Positions 10,916 through 23,745 of a stretch of 64,000 bases of DNA are shown here, piece after piece. The stretch lies in contig NC_068982.1 in assembly GCF_001194135.2 (NCBI RefSeq), positions 48,684,556-48,748,555 of the forward strand, read 5' to 3'. The notes under the pieces are model-generated. The model had not been told where the DNA came from. It did not search any database and saw only the letters and a program-made list of their open reading frames with translations. The position numbers and the translations under genes were made by a program. Every line of letters starts with the position of its first letter. Positions within the stretch are counted from its first letter, which is position 1. This stretch comes from Octopus bimaculoides. Taxonomy: Eukaryota.

Positions 10916-12774
10916 AAACAATAAAAGCATTTTGTTTGGTATCTTAACAACAGTTATAACTTAAGGGTCTTGTTCAGCTGTGCACCTAGTACCAAAAAAG
11001 TGACCATGGACAGAAGCAGGTTGCCCATGTAGGGTTTACAGAAACTGATGGTACCAACAGTTGTCTTTGAACATGTCTTCAAGAACAGACATGTAGAATC
11101 AATCTACTAATATATACAGTTTAGTCTTGACCATGTGGTAATATTCTACTTTATGCTTCGGTTCATAGAGCTGGCATCTAATTACCAGCAAGATATTTTC
11201 AATGAAATGGTATTAAATTATTCATACGGGCTCAATTCATCAGTTCATTGTGATTCTTTATTTCTAGTTTCTAATTTAGATACATGTACTCTTCTGTCTG
11301 AGACTTTAAAAAAAATTTATACAAAACAATAATGACACATCAAAATAGTCCCAAGAATTTCTAGAAATAGCAGCTAAATCACTTCAAAATTACATCCTAC
11401 TGTTTTAAAACAAGGCTAAGTTCATATTGGATAATGTAATTCTAGATACTTCAATTTGGGGAAAAAAATGAAAAAGAAAAAGACAGGATGGTTATGGTTG
11501 GAATACCTTTGACAAAAGAGCTGAAACTAAACAACAACAGCACAAATTCTTATTTCTTAAGATTTCTAGCTATTATATTGAATTTATCATTTTCTGATAA
11601 ACAATCCTAGTGTACAGATCACAGTCAATATAGGTTAATTTCTTTAAAATTAAAAATAAATAAATAAAATAAAAATGAACAAAGCGCTAAAGTAATATAA
11701 CAGCTGGTTAAAACCTAGCAATTCTAGTGTCAACAAGAATATTTTATTTTTATTTATTTATTTATTTCCTTTTTATTTTATCTATTTATATATTTTTTTT
11801 GAGAAAAGTTATCAAAAATATTTTTTTAAAATTCTACATATCAAACAATACTTTAGGAAATTGGTTCTTGTAAGAGGCAACTTTCAGTGTAATAAAGTCA
11901 TGTAGATGTTAAAAATATTAAATGTCTGTATAAGACATGAAATTTCATCGCGCACCAGTGATTTTAGTTAGAAGAAAACTAAAAATAAATAAATTCAAAC
12001 AAAAGCAATAGATAGTAAACCAGTCACTTGGAATCAGCAGATTCACTGAGTTTTCTGTGATATTCCAGTAATTTCTATTTCCTTTCACAGAACAGAGAAA
12101 CAGACTCCTAAAGTTAGTGTTGTTGTTGTTGTAGCCATCGTTTTCAATACTTCCTAACATTTGAGATTTGTTGAACTGTGGCTGGAAAATAATTGAAATG
12201 GTTGTAACCATCTGCTTCTTTTGAATATTCATTAATGGAATCAGGAAAATGTCTGAAGAAATATCATTTGCTTGTTAGATTTTCTTTTTCATCTGAACTC
12301 AAGTTCCTCATTATAGTCTATCATTATTATAGATGAAATACTTATAAAACTTTATCTTCATTATAGTTTCAATGCCTACTTTTCTATGATTTCCATAGGT
12401 TGGACAGGTCTACAGTATAACTATGAACATTCTTAATATTATTTAATATCACCTGTGACACCCACATCTTCCTGGATCTTCCTACTATCATGTACCTCCC
12501 ACTATCAGAATACAGAATTTCTTCATTAAATAGGTTACAACCATTCACATTACATTCCCATACCAGTCTAGGTGCTGCATTTACACATTATCAATTGAGG
12601 CCAGGTACACTGTCAACTCCTTTGTGCTTCACCTTACATGTAAGTTAGTGAAGACATACACCCAGTGGATCCTACTCAACACATTTTTCTTCACCCCCTG
12701 TCAATCTTCTGTATTCAGGACTCATGTCTCATTACTATACAACATTACACTTCTAATTCCTCTCATAGTAACTT

Positions 12775-12776
<2 letters not shown>

Positions 12777-12826
<50 letters not shown>

Positions 12827-12832
12827 CAGAGA
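12777..12832. repeat. (GA)n microsatellite
   Basis: Visible. Confidence 0.95.
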
Positions 12833-13328
12833 GATAACATAGACTGACGCTTTTACTATCATGGTATGTTCTCAATTGCTTCCTTAATTTTACCTATTCT
12901 GACAATTCAATATTCCAAACCTGTTTCTTTTAATCACTTAAAGGGGTCTACTTTATCATATGGAAGTAAAAAACAGTTTTGGCAAAGTCAGACTTCACCA
13001 TTCCCAAGACTGTTAGATTCTTATTAACCAAGTACTGGTCTATCAATTTCTATCAATCTTTCAATATATGAAACTAAAAAAATCATAAACAATGATATTC
13101 ATCTCCCCCCCTCTCTCTCTTTTTCTTCTTGGTGATTCTCAGTATAATGTCAGTAGAGCTGGGAGGTCCAGCCAACATTGCAACTACTTTTTTTCCCCAA
13201 ATATTAGCAAAACTGAAACAATTTTTGCTATCCAAAATCTTTCATATTTTTAAATATTAACGGTTCATAGCTCGGAAACCAAGGAATCTCTCCAGGCCAA
13301 GCCAATAGTTTAATGCATTGAAAGGTCA

Positions 13329-13795
13329 CAGTTCTGGTACAATAGACATCTGATGAGAATGTCACTGGAAAGAATCACAAGGTGGATTCTTCAAGCCAAG
13401 GTAAGCAGCAGGAGATTTTGGGGTAGATCAAGGATAAGATTGTTGGACAATATCCATAATCTCAGTCAATCATGCATGGGAATCCAATCAAAAAGTCTAA
13501 TGATGGTTGTTTCTGATAGGACCCTATGACAGTTCCAGTACTATGGACATGTTATTAGAATGTTACAGGAAAGAATCATAAAATGGATTCTTCAAGCCAA
13601 GCCAACTGGTAGGAGACCTAGGAGTAGACCAAGAACAAGAAGGGTGGATAATTTCCACAGTCTCAGTTGGTCATGCTTGGGAACCCAACTGGAAAGTCTT
13701 GTGATAGTTGTTTCTGATAGAACCCTATAGAGGAGGTGTTTGAGAACTCTACTTCCATGATGCTCCCAGAAACAGGGAATTGAGAAGATGGATAG
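13329..13795 (+). mobile_element. RTE-type LINE 3' end, tandemly duplicated 201-bp unit
   Basis: Second unit translates QFQYYGHVIRMLQERIIKWILQAKPTGRRPRSRPRTRRVDN, the RTE C-terminal GHV.RM...G.R..GRP..RW motif. Confidence 0.8.
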
Positions 13796-14285
13796 AACAG
13801 TAATGGTACAGGTGTACTTATGCTTTCATTTCTAATTCAGAACCAAAACGTTAAAGAAGTTAATATAAAACTAAGTAAAGAGCAAAATTCAAATAAATTG
13901 GTGATGTATGCGCTAGCAACAATTAGTCAATAAACGAAACCATAGAGTCAAATAAGTTCAGTTATTGTGAGAGGTGAATAATCTAACAGTTCAGGTCTTC
14001 AGCTGAGATGGAGGAGGATGAGTGTGGGGTGTGGGTGAGAGTGTCAGTCATTTGTAATTAAAGTGACAACACTTTATCTTTCTCAGGGCAAGAGTCTGGA
14101 ACATTAGAATGCTCACTGCTCATGGCAACTGAACTTACTGACCTCTGTTATGAACTCTCCTATATCAATATAAGTTACATAAATCAAGAGGAAATCAATA
14201 AGTCATATAAGTTTTCGGAAACTTTTACAAAATCCAGAAATATCAAAGAACTGAAGAAAATTTAATACCAAATAGCACAAATAAC

Positions 14286-14650
14286 ACAGGCATGGCTGTG
14301 TGGTAAGAAACTTGCTTCCAAACCATATGGTTCTGGGCTCAGTCCCACTGTGTGGTACCTTTGGCAAGTGTCTTCTACTATAGCTTTGGTAGATGGAAAC
14401 TGAAAGAAGCTCATCATGTATATGTGTGTGTGTATGTGTGTCTTTGTTTGTCCCCCATCATCACCTGACAACCAGTGTTGGTGTGTTTACATCCCATAAC
14501 TTAGTGGTTCGGCAAGGAGACCAATAGAATAAGTACTAGGCTTAAAAAAAGTTCTGGGGTCGATTTATTCGACCAAAATCCATCAAAATAGTGTTCCAGC
14601 ATGGCCACAGTCAAATGACTGAAACAAATAAAGGAATAAAAGAATAAAAG
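14286..14650 (+). mobile_element. SINE family A, near full length
   Basis: Same head, body and tail as 10367. Confidence 0.85.
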
Positions 14651-14909
14651 ATAAATATTCACTTCAGGTTTTCATCTGAATGGTGAAGGTCTTATTTATT
14701 AAGTGGACATACCTCTAATTTAACCACAAATAATGAAAAAGTATAAAGACCAAAATACTTGGCTCAAAAACAAATGCCTACATATTTATTAAGAAAATGC
14801 TCAGATCTGTCTTGTTTGTTATATGAGTCAACAACGAATTCTCTATATTGTCATTTAATCTGATATATTGGCAGTGGAATATCCTGTGTATCTCACAATA
14901 TTATTAATA

Positions 14910-15170
14910 CTAGCTGGCCCTGTGCCATCAAAAATGATGGCTAATTGAGGTATTTTATATATAAATAAGGTACGAAACCAAGTTTTTAGTTTAATAATTC
15001 TTATATTACCAAATTTACAATATAACTTTCAACTGCAGTCATTTTATATTCTTGTTACACACAGGCAATAATTATTTTCTCTTATGAATTTGTTTTTGTA
15101 TATATGTTTGACAACCTTTGATGTATTTATTTCACAAGGGATACATATATTATCACCGTCATTTATTGTC
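14910..15170 (-). mobile_element. Helitron-like 3' terminus
   Basis: On -: hairpin gccatc-attttt-gatggc about 10 nt before CTAG|T; 5' boundary unclear. Confidence 0.45.
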
Positions 15171-15174
15171 TACT

Positions 15175-15370
15175 TTATCATGTTTGCATGGCTGAGATGG
15201 AACTTATTGCAGCAGATTTTTTTATAGTTAGATGTCCTTCCTGCTGCCAACTTTCACCTGTACCCAGCAAGGTAATATTTTCCCCACAACCAGATATGTC
15301 GTTCAAGAAAGACTGGAAAAAATGACAGTGATATTCATTTACACCCTCGCTATTCCAAGTTTTAATTGTC
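15175..15370 (+). mobile_element. Retroposon family I (LINE/SINE tail)
   Basis: gatgtccttcctgctgccaactttcacctgt...caaggtaatattt shared with 24060-24300 and 55455-55650. Confidence 0.6.
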
Positions 15371-16369
15371 ATCTATAGTATTTTGATTGATTCTGTAATA
15401 AGAACCAGACTGACAAAATGCTGATGTTCCATTCAGCATCATGTCATGAAATATTTGGTTGTCTGACAAAAAAAAAGAAAAAGAAAAAAGGCCACTGACA
15501 CACTGATGTCCTCAGCCATTGATCTTATTTTTAATTCTTTCTTTCACAATGCTTTGGTTCTTGACCTTATATGTAGCCTAGTTTAACACACTACCAGCTC
15601 GACTTTGGTTATCTTTAACAGCATCCACTTTATAGATTTGAGGGTAATTTAGCTGCTATTTCTATGAGGTCTGAAGCTGATGGATAACTCCCTCTTTTCT
15701 TCCTTTCAGTCTTGGAAGCCCTTATAACAGTCATAGGACTTCTCTTTAAGGATCTCTATCCCTTGGAGATCTTTAAAAGGGTTATAGAAACTTCCCTTTC
15801 TCCTCTTAAGACATAAAAATGATACGAACATACTTCTCAAACCATTTATCAATGCCTAGTTTTTTTTTTATTTTACAACAAGCCGGTAGAACACAGAACC
15901 TTATCAAAGATTCTTTCAACATATTGCAATATATTACCAGATGCTATGTGTTCTTAGCTAAAAATCTTCCTTTACAAAGTGGTATGGTATTTGTGTTTAT
16001 ATTTTCATTCTGTCATTAATAATCCTTTCTCTGTAAATAAACAGATGTCAAAGGTTATAATGTTTAGCATCAGATTTCATTATTGATTTATTTTGTTATC
16101 ATTTTATCTTTTATTGATCAAGTTTCACTATAAACATTAAAAACATTCATCAAACAAACGTCAAATAGTTTTCAAAAGAGAGGTTTCTGCTTGTCCCTCA
16201 ACTCAACATCAAGTATAAATGGCTTTGAAAGAAGCTACTTAAATACATTATTCAAAAGTAAGTTTCTATTCTGAAATTTTCACGTCATCCTTTCAGCTGT
16301 TACTGTTTTCAACATTTCAGCAGGCTCCAGACAAAATTTTTAAAAGTTCAACACATTATGAAGACACAT

Positions 16370-16597
16370 TTAACACTTTAGCATTTAAACCGGCCATATC
16401 CAGCCCACATATCTTATTTGTTTCATGATTGAACAACCCAGTTCTGATATATCACAACTACCCTACAATGTCATTCTAAAAATATACAATCACTTCATTA
16501 AAATTTTGAAGATGTAAAGCGATACAGAATTAATTCAAAGCAATGTGAATAAATAAGTATTAATATATTCAGAATAATCTGAATATTAAAGGGTTAA
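16370..16597 (+). mobile_element. piggyBac-type MITE (family G), complete
   Basis: TTAA at both ends; TIR cactttagcattta / aatattaaaggg. Confidence 0.75.
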
Positions 16598-16836
16598 AAA
16601 GAACCAAATTTAAATTAGAGAGCTAAGCAGAACTTAAAGATACAATATTACATAAATTGTTTTCCAGAAAGCAGTCATGGATTTGTATTTATCTAGTGCA
16701 GATATGGCTGCATGGTTCAGTAGTTTCCATTACAACCACATGCAAACATCAGGTAGATCTCTTCTACACTGACTCCAAGCTAACCAATACCTTGGGAGAG
16801 AATTTGGTAGACAGAAACTGTAGAAAGCCCATTCTA

Positions 16837-16887
<51 letters not shown>

Positions 16888-17086
16888 CTGACTAAGCACT
16901 TAGATGCAAAACAAGGTGGAAGAAATAATACTCAGAGTAATTAAGCTGAAGAAAATCTTCACAAGCTCTTATTTAGTGATTCATATTACCATTTGTTGAA
17001 CAGTTGTAACTGTCAATGAATGGTAACATGAAACTCTGAGTAACAGTTTCTAAAGATTTTTTTCAGCTTTAATATAAATATATATA

Positions 17087-17483
17087 CTAGCTTAAAAATT
17101 TGCATGGAGTGCGGACTTTTAAGCTTGCTTCTGCGAAGGGCTAATTGGGCCAGTGACCAAAACTAAACAGAGCAATGATAATAAAGTATTTATTGGTACC
17201 CTACCAATACGGTATTACTTTAAATTCAGTTTAAATGAAAAACTTGTAAGTTGACAAATTTTTGGAGTTAATTTTAAAATTTGAACTTTCAGCTGTTAGC
17301 ATATAACAAATCTTTATCTAGACCTGTTTTCAATGCTGGATGTCCAAGAATAAAATGAAGGGCAGATTTTCAATCTTAGGATCATCATAATTCCAAAATG
17401 GTATAATATGTCTATGTAGACCAAGGCACAAGGATCTCGGATGGACAGAGGGACAGACAGAATTTCGCATTTATCATTATAGA
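17087..17483 (-). mobile_element. Non-autonomous Helitron
   Basis: On -: A|TCTATAATGATAAATGCGAAATTCTGTCTGTCC...gca-ctcca-tgc hairpin...CTAG|T, i.e. TC/CTAG ends in an AT target with no TSD. Confidence 0.7.
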
Positions 17484-17520
17484 TATATATATATATAAAG
17501 ATGCATGCATGTATCGTTCA

Positions 17521-18296
17521 TCTTTGAGCTTTTACTTGTTTCAATGATTTGACTGTGGCCATGCTGGGGCACTGACTTGAAGAATTTTAGTTGAACAAAT
17601 CAACTGTAGTACTTATTTTTATTTTTATGTTTTTGATCCTGACACTTTTTCTATTGGTCTCTTTTGTTAACCTGTTAAGTTGCAAAGATGGGAAAAAAAA
17701 AGACATTGTCAAGTGGTGAGGAGGGGGACAAATACAGATACAAAAACACAAATAGATATATGACAGGTTTCTTTCAGTTTCCATCAACCAAATCCACTCA
17801 CAAAACTTTGGTTAGCTTAAGACTGTAGTAGAAGACACTTGCCTTGGGTGGCATGCAGTGGGACTGAACCCAAAACTATGTGCTTGGGAAGCAAACATCT
17901 TACCATAGAGCAATGCATTACGAACTATCGTTATCTTTATTTTTTACTTGCTACAGTCATTGGACTGTGGCCGTGCTGGGTTTTAGTCAAGCAAATTGAC
18001 CCCAGTTCTTTTTCCTTTTTTAAATCAGTTGCTTTTGTCAAACTGCTAAGAGGCAGGCATGTAAACAAACCTACACCACTTGTCAAATAATGGTGAGTTA
18101 CAAGCACACGCGCACACACACGCATGTGCATGCATACACATACAATAGGTTTCTTTCAGTTTCTGTCTACCAAATCTGATCACAAGGTTTTGGTTGGAAA
18201 GAGGCTATAGTAGAAGCCACTTGCCCTTGGTGCAATACAACAGAACTGAATCCCAAACTATGTGGTTGGGAAGTAAGCTTCTTACCACACACACCG
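17521..18296 (-). mobile_element. Two tandem SINE family A copies (17521-17918, 17931-18296)
   Basis: Reverse complement of family A tail and head, twice. Confidence 0.85.
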
Positions 18297-18914
18297 TATA
18301 AGTTAAGAAAAATTGAAATTTAGTTCAACAGAAATAACTACCCATTGATCTAGCCAATATGTCTTGTTACTTGTAAATTAATTTGCAAAAATAATCTGTC
18401 ATCTTGTGTCAATTTATTTTTTCCATATTTTTTTTTTTAATTAAAATGATTTTTTCAGAATTTATAATTACATTTCTTTTAATAAATGTAATTAACTTTG
18501 TTTAAGTCAGCATCATCAACATCAAAGAAACAGTTGTTAGTCAACGATTATCATATATGTTTTTAACCTTCATGTCGGACAAGCAGAAGCAGACATTAGA
18601 AACTATCACACAGGACTATATTAATGATACAAAATTTCAACATTAATTTCAAAACTAAATTTCCATTTTATCCATTTATTTATTCACTTATTTTATCATC
18701 TTGCTATCAAGCCAAGAGTGTAAACAGTAATCTTGAAACTATGATCCTTCATAGGCATTCCTTCTAAATTTAGTGACAGGGATGGAGAGAGGAATGTATC
18801 CTCAAATTGGAGGCCTTACCCAAAAGCTTGCAAAATAGTGGACTTTACTAAAGGCACCCAAGGTGTCAGGTGGTGGTGCTAAACTAAGCAGCAGATGCTA
18901 CGTCTACCAATTAA

Positions 18915-19120
18915 TAATGGTTTCTAATTTTGGTACAAGGCCAGTAATTTTTGGGGAGGGGTAAATCGATTACATCAAACCCAGTGATCAGCTGATCCTT
19001 ATTTTATCAACTCTGATGAAAGGCAAAATTGACCTCAGCGGAATCTGAACTCAGAATGCAAAGACAGATGAAATGCCACGAAGCATTTTGCCTGGTGCAG
19101 TAATGATCCTGCCATCTCAC
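18915..19120 (-). mobile_element. SINE family B
   Basis: aggcaaaattgacctcagcggaatctgaactcagaatg. Confidence 0.75.
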
Positions 19121-19149
19121 CACCCTAGCCTGCCAATTAATAATAGTTC

Positions 19150-19500
19150 ATGTAAAGGATAAAGGCAAATAACCCTTTTGATCATGAATGACCATGAGAT
19201 TGCCTCTAAAAATTTCCCCTCTGAGGCACAAGTCTGAGCAAGATTGTTTATGGAAGACCAGCAGTCACCCATGCAAGCCAGCCTCCCCGCTCGATGCCAT
19301 TGATGTTATCCAAGAGAAAGGCAAAAGCCAATACAGCTTGGCACCAGTGACATCGCAACTCATTCCTACAAATGGACAAACTGGTGCAACATGAAATAGT
19401 GTCTTGCTCAAGAACATAATACTGCCTGGTTTGGGAATCAAACTCGCTACTTCATGATTGTGAGACTGTTGCTCTAACCATGGAGCTATGCACCTTCACA
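19150..19500 (-). mobile_element. SINE family E type
   Basis: Reverse complement of 39598-39945. Confidence 0.75.
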
Positions 19501-19582
19501 TGTAAGCTTATGTAAACTATCATTATTATAATCATACATATCATCAGCATAATCATCATCATAACTCATTATTATCTCAATT

Positions 19583-19930
19583 GAGACAGTGAGCTGGCAG
19601 AAATGTTAAAACTGCAGAAAAAAATGCTTCATACTTCTATATTCAAAAACTTCACATTCTGAGTTCAAATTCCACCAAAGTTTACTTTGCCTTTTGTAAG
19701 GCAGGGAGCTGAAAGAATTGTTAGCAGATTGCACAAAATGCTGCCAAGTGTTTTGTCCATCTGTGCATTCTGAGTTCAAATACCCCTCAGGTCAACTTTG
19801 CCCTTCATCATTTCGAGGTTGATAGAATAAGTATGAGTTACCCACTGNNNNNNNNNNGGGGGGGGGGGGGGTGCAACCAACTAACCCCTCCCCTCAAAAA
19901 TTTAGAGCCTTGTGCATATAGTAGAAAAAA
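19583..19930 (+). mobile_element. SINE family B copies (partial plus one spanning a 10-N gap)
   Basis: ttctgagttcaaat motif twice. Confidence 0.7.
19848..19857. other. Assembly gap; other gaps at 24800-25213, 32775-33024, 43715-44149, 47946-48667, 56490-56751, 57548-57996, 60080-60577, 61744-62435
   Basis: N runs, mostly abutting (AT)n/(GT)n tracts. Confidence 0.99.
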
Positions 19931-20594
19931 TTATAATGAGAATTGCTTTATTACCATGGCATGACAAACAAGCATGCAGTGTCTTTCATACTAAATTGCA
20001 TAACATTACAAAGAACTTTTATTCAACACTATAAATTAGGTTGATTTCATAAAGCATCAATGAGGTTCAACACTATAGAATAATTACATTTTTAATGTTT
20101 GACATAAACCTGTAAAAATGCAACACACAGTGTGTAAATTCAATACAGTAGAGTGTGAAATTGATTTAAATTGTGTAAAATACCATTTTAAAGAGCAGAT
20201 ATTCAATGTTTATTGCATGTAGAATCCATGCTAACATGCATAAAGGCAACACTAAGGTGCAAAATTGCAATCTGATGTGTATGCAGGTTTTTTAATGGAA
20301 TAATCAATCAATATTCCTATAGGATATTTAAAGCATAGCATATATTACTAATACGCACATATAGTGTGAGCTACAATAGTAACATTGTACTATATATTTT
20401 TAAGTAGTTCTCATTGGTCTGCATAGTACAGTGCAATTCTTTTTAAAGTTAGCAACTTAAAAAAAAAATTCTGACACATTGTAATATGTGATAGAACTTA
20501 TGTGTTATGTTGATGCATATATAAAACTTCACTATATAGCTTCGGGTTGATTTTTGCTCTCTCTCTCTCTCATATATATATCGTCATTATTATT

Positions 20595-20770
20595 TAATGT
20601 CTGTTTTCTATGCTAGCATGATTTCAACAGCTTCATAGGACTCGGCAAGGCCAGGGACTACACTAGGTTCCATAGTCTGTTTGGCTTGATTTCTATAGCT
20701 GGATGCTCTTCCTAACACCAACCACTTTATAAAGTGTACTGGGTGCTTTTTATGTAGGATTATCACCAGT
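20595..20770 (-). mobile_element. SINE family D
   Basis: gctggatgctcttcctaacacaaccact...gggtgctttt. Confidence 0.75.
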
Positions 20771-20950
20771 GTATCCCTCTCTCTCACTCTATCTATATAT
20801 CTATATATCCATATATATATATATATATATACATACATACATATATATCCCTCCAACCTTCATCAGGTGTCATGGAGAAATATTGAACCCTGGAGAAATA
20901 TCTGTCAAATGTAAATAATGTACATAATTCCTCATCTCTTAAATATGGAA

Positions 20951-20992
<42 letters not shown>

Positions 20993-20997
<5 letters not shown>

Positions 20998-21298
20998 AGT
21001 GGCACGTAAAAAGCACCATTTGAGCGTGATCGTTACCAGCATTGCCTTACTGGCCCATGTGCCGGTGGCATGTGAACAAATCATTTGAGCGAGGTCGTTG
21101 CCAGTGCCGCTAGACTGACTCCTGTGCAGGTGGCATGTAAAAGCACCCACTACACTCTCGGAGTGGTTGGCGTTAGGAAGGGCATCCAGCCTTAGAAACT
21201 CCACCAGATCAGATTGGAGTCTGGTGCAGCCATCTGGTTTGCTCAGTTAAATTGTCCAACCCATGCTAGCATGGAAAATATACGTTAAACGATGATAA

Positions 21299-21302
<4 letters not shown>
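20993..21302 (+). mobile_element. SINE family D (young-looking, CpGs retained)
   Basis: ctacactctcggagtggttggcgttaggaagggcatccagc...gttaaacgatgat. Confidence 0.85.
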
Positions 21303-21334
<32 letters not shown>

Positions 21335-21336
<2 letters not shown>

Positions 21337-21582
21337 TTTATCTTTGCTAAGTTATGGGGACACCAGTTGTCAAGTGGTGGTGGGAGGACAATTACAAACA
21401 CAAACACAGATATATAAAATATATATAAACAACAGACTTCTTTCAGTTTCCGTCTACCAAATCACTCACAAGGCTTTGGTCAACTTCAGGGCATATTAGA
21501 AGACACTTGCCCAAGGTACACACAGTGGGACTGAACCCAGGACCATGTGGTTGGGAGGCAAGCTTCTTACGACATAGGCACG
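21335..21582 (-). mobile_element. SINE family A, partial
   Basis: ttcagtttccgtctaccaaatcactcacaagg...gcaagcttctt. Confidence 0.8.
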
Positions 21583-22223
21583 TATGTGAGTATAGGTTGA
21601 TGTGTAGTATTATCTGTGCAATAAATAAGTTCCTGTACTTTATTCAGTAAAATGAAAAATTATGTTTTATTTATTTATTATTTGGTCCATTTAAATGTCA
21701 TTGGAAATAAGTGTTTTATTTGTAGGTATTTATGAAAGCAAACAACTGGAAACAACATACGTCTAATTTGATATGTTCTTTTTAGCTCTACTCTTATGAT
21801 GTCAAGGAAAAGGAAACAAGTAATGTTCAAGAATGATAGTTTGTTTAATCAACCAACAAACTATGCTTCAACAATTTCTACAAAACAATCTAATCCAGCT
21901 CTGTATGGAATTTTGGAAAAAAAAAAAGAAAAAAAAGATAAATAAAATGGAAGTGAAATACCTAATAAAATGGTGAGGAAAAGTAACAATGTTTAACTAA
22001 GTATGTTTTATATGTGTTATGCCAAAAAATGTCATTTTTTTTTTTTATGATTATTGTGGTGATATCTTGTTCTTGTTTCAGTTGTTTAGACAGAGGTCAG
22101 TTCTGAGTAAGTAGACTTATGATCAATGATTGTCCAGCTATAATCATGCAGTCATTTTGGTTGTAGGTGGGGTTATTTTTTTCCACACATGTTTAGAACC
22201 AGATTAATAAATATATCCTTTCT

Positions 22224-22535
22224 TTAAGATCAGAGTGTCATTTGAGAGAGAAATTTGGTTGCTATTTCTGACATATTCTGGAGCCTGATTATCTAACGTG
22301 CCCATTGATTAAGATGGTACAGTGTGATTTGAGGGTGATCTTGCTATCCTTTCTTAAACGTTTTGGAGTACAATTATTTAATGTTTCCTATGATTAAGAT
22401 AGTAGAGCATGATTTGAGGGAGATTTGGCTGCTATTTCTTATAAGTTTTGGAGCCCGATTATCCAATGTATCTTTTGTGTAACATGCAAAGTGTGATACG
22501 AGGGAGATTTTGCTGTTATTTCTCACTTGTCAAAT
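22224..22535. repeat. 85-bp tandem array of a family H subunit (about 3.6 copies)
   Basis: ttaagat at 22224, 22309 and 22394; gatttgagggagatttggctgctatttc core. Confidence 0.75.
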
Positions 22536-23377
22536 TATGATATAGAGACATACCTTATTAGCTTCCTGTTATTTCATGCTTATAAGAGTTGTAGCTCATT
22601 AAATTAATAGTATTGCACCATACCAGCTGAAATACTTCACAGGTTTAACCCAATTCTGTTATCACATTGCCCATCATAAAGACACTTACTTCACTTGCCT
22701 CTTAATATCCAAGTTTATCTTATAATAAATAAATATACCCAGCATAGGTCAGATCTCTAATGTACCACCCATGCTGGATGATTCTCATCTGCTACCAATA
22801 TTCTGGTGCTTCTTTGCAGTAGATGTCTATATGAGAGGATTTCTCAAAGCAAATACCACAGTAATATGATGTTCTAACATACATCCACATTAAGGAGGAC
22901 ATAAAGTTTGCTACTGTTGGTTTTTGGTACTCAGTCAATCCTGATAAAGGCTGTCTTAGTGGTATTACAGGCCCCTGGGAAAATCAATGCACTGGACTCT
23001 ATTGTATTTATTGATTGACATTAAGCCACAATAAACATAAATCAAAATTGACCCCAAGACATTCGGTCCCAGAGCAACTATCCATATGCTGGCCCTTATA
23101 GTATTTATTCAAGGCAAGCCACAAGATAGATTGATCAGAATTGGGCCCCCAGGCAACTGTCCAATGTCCTGGCTACTATATTATGTTATTATTGACAGCA
23201 AACCACAGCATACAGGGATCAGAATTAGGCCCTTGCAACAGTTTTGAATTCCCATGTCTTAAGATAGTACTTGTCCCAACAAAATAGACCTATGACAAAA
23301 AATATGTCCGTGTGATGACTGTCCTGTTTTTTTTTTTTGTTCATATACCTTGGATTACATTGTACCATGTGACTTTT

Positions 23378-23465
23378 CTCACACAGCTTTGGTCAGTTCA
23401 AGGTACTGTGAAGTGAAACTGAACCTAAGACCCCATGGTTGGGAAGCAAGCTTCTTAACCACACA

Positions 23466-23524
<59 letters not shown>

Positions 23525-23745
23525 ATGTGTGTGTCTGTGTCTGTTACACAATATCCTGACTTGCAACTGGTGTTGGTTTGTTTATGTGCCCATAACTTAG
23601 TAGCTCAGCAAAAGAGATTGATAGAATACATATCAGACTTTTAAAAGGAAAAAACCTAAGTACTAGAATCGATTTTCTTTTTTTTTTTTTTCTTTTTTTT
23701 TTGTTATCTAAAACCCTTCAAGGTGGTGCCCCAGCATTACCACAA
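23378..23745. mobile_element. SINE family A with inverted 5' head
   Basis: Head on - (23378-23470), then (AT)n, then 3' half on + (about 23515-23745). Confidence 0.6.

Noticed and set aside
11945-12274. 95-aa minus-strand ORF with a hydrophobic C-terminus, plus alternative exon readings on both strands
   Set aside because: No recognisable motif, mutually incompatible readings, and it includes a (TTG)n repeat.
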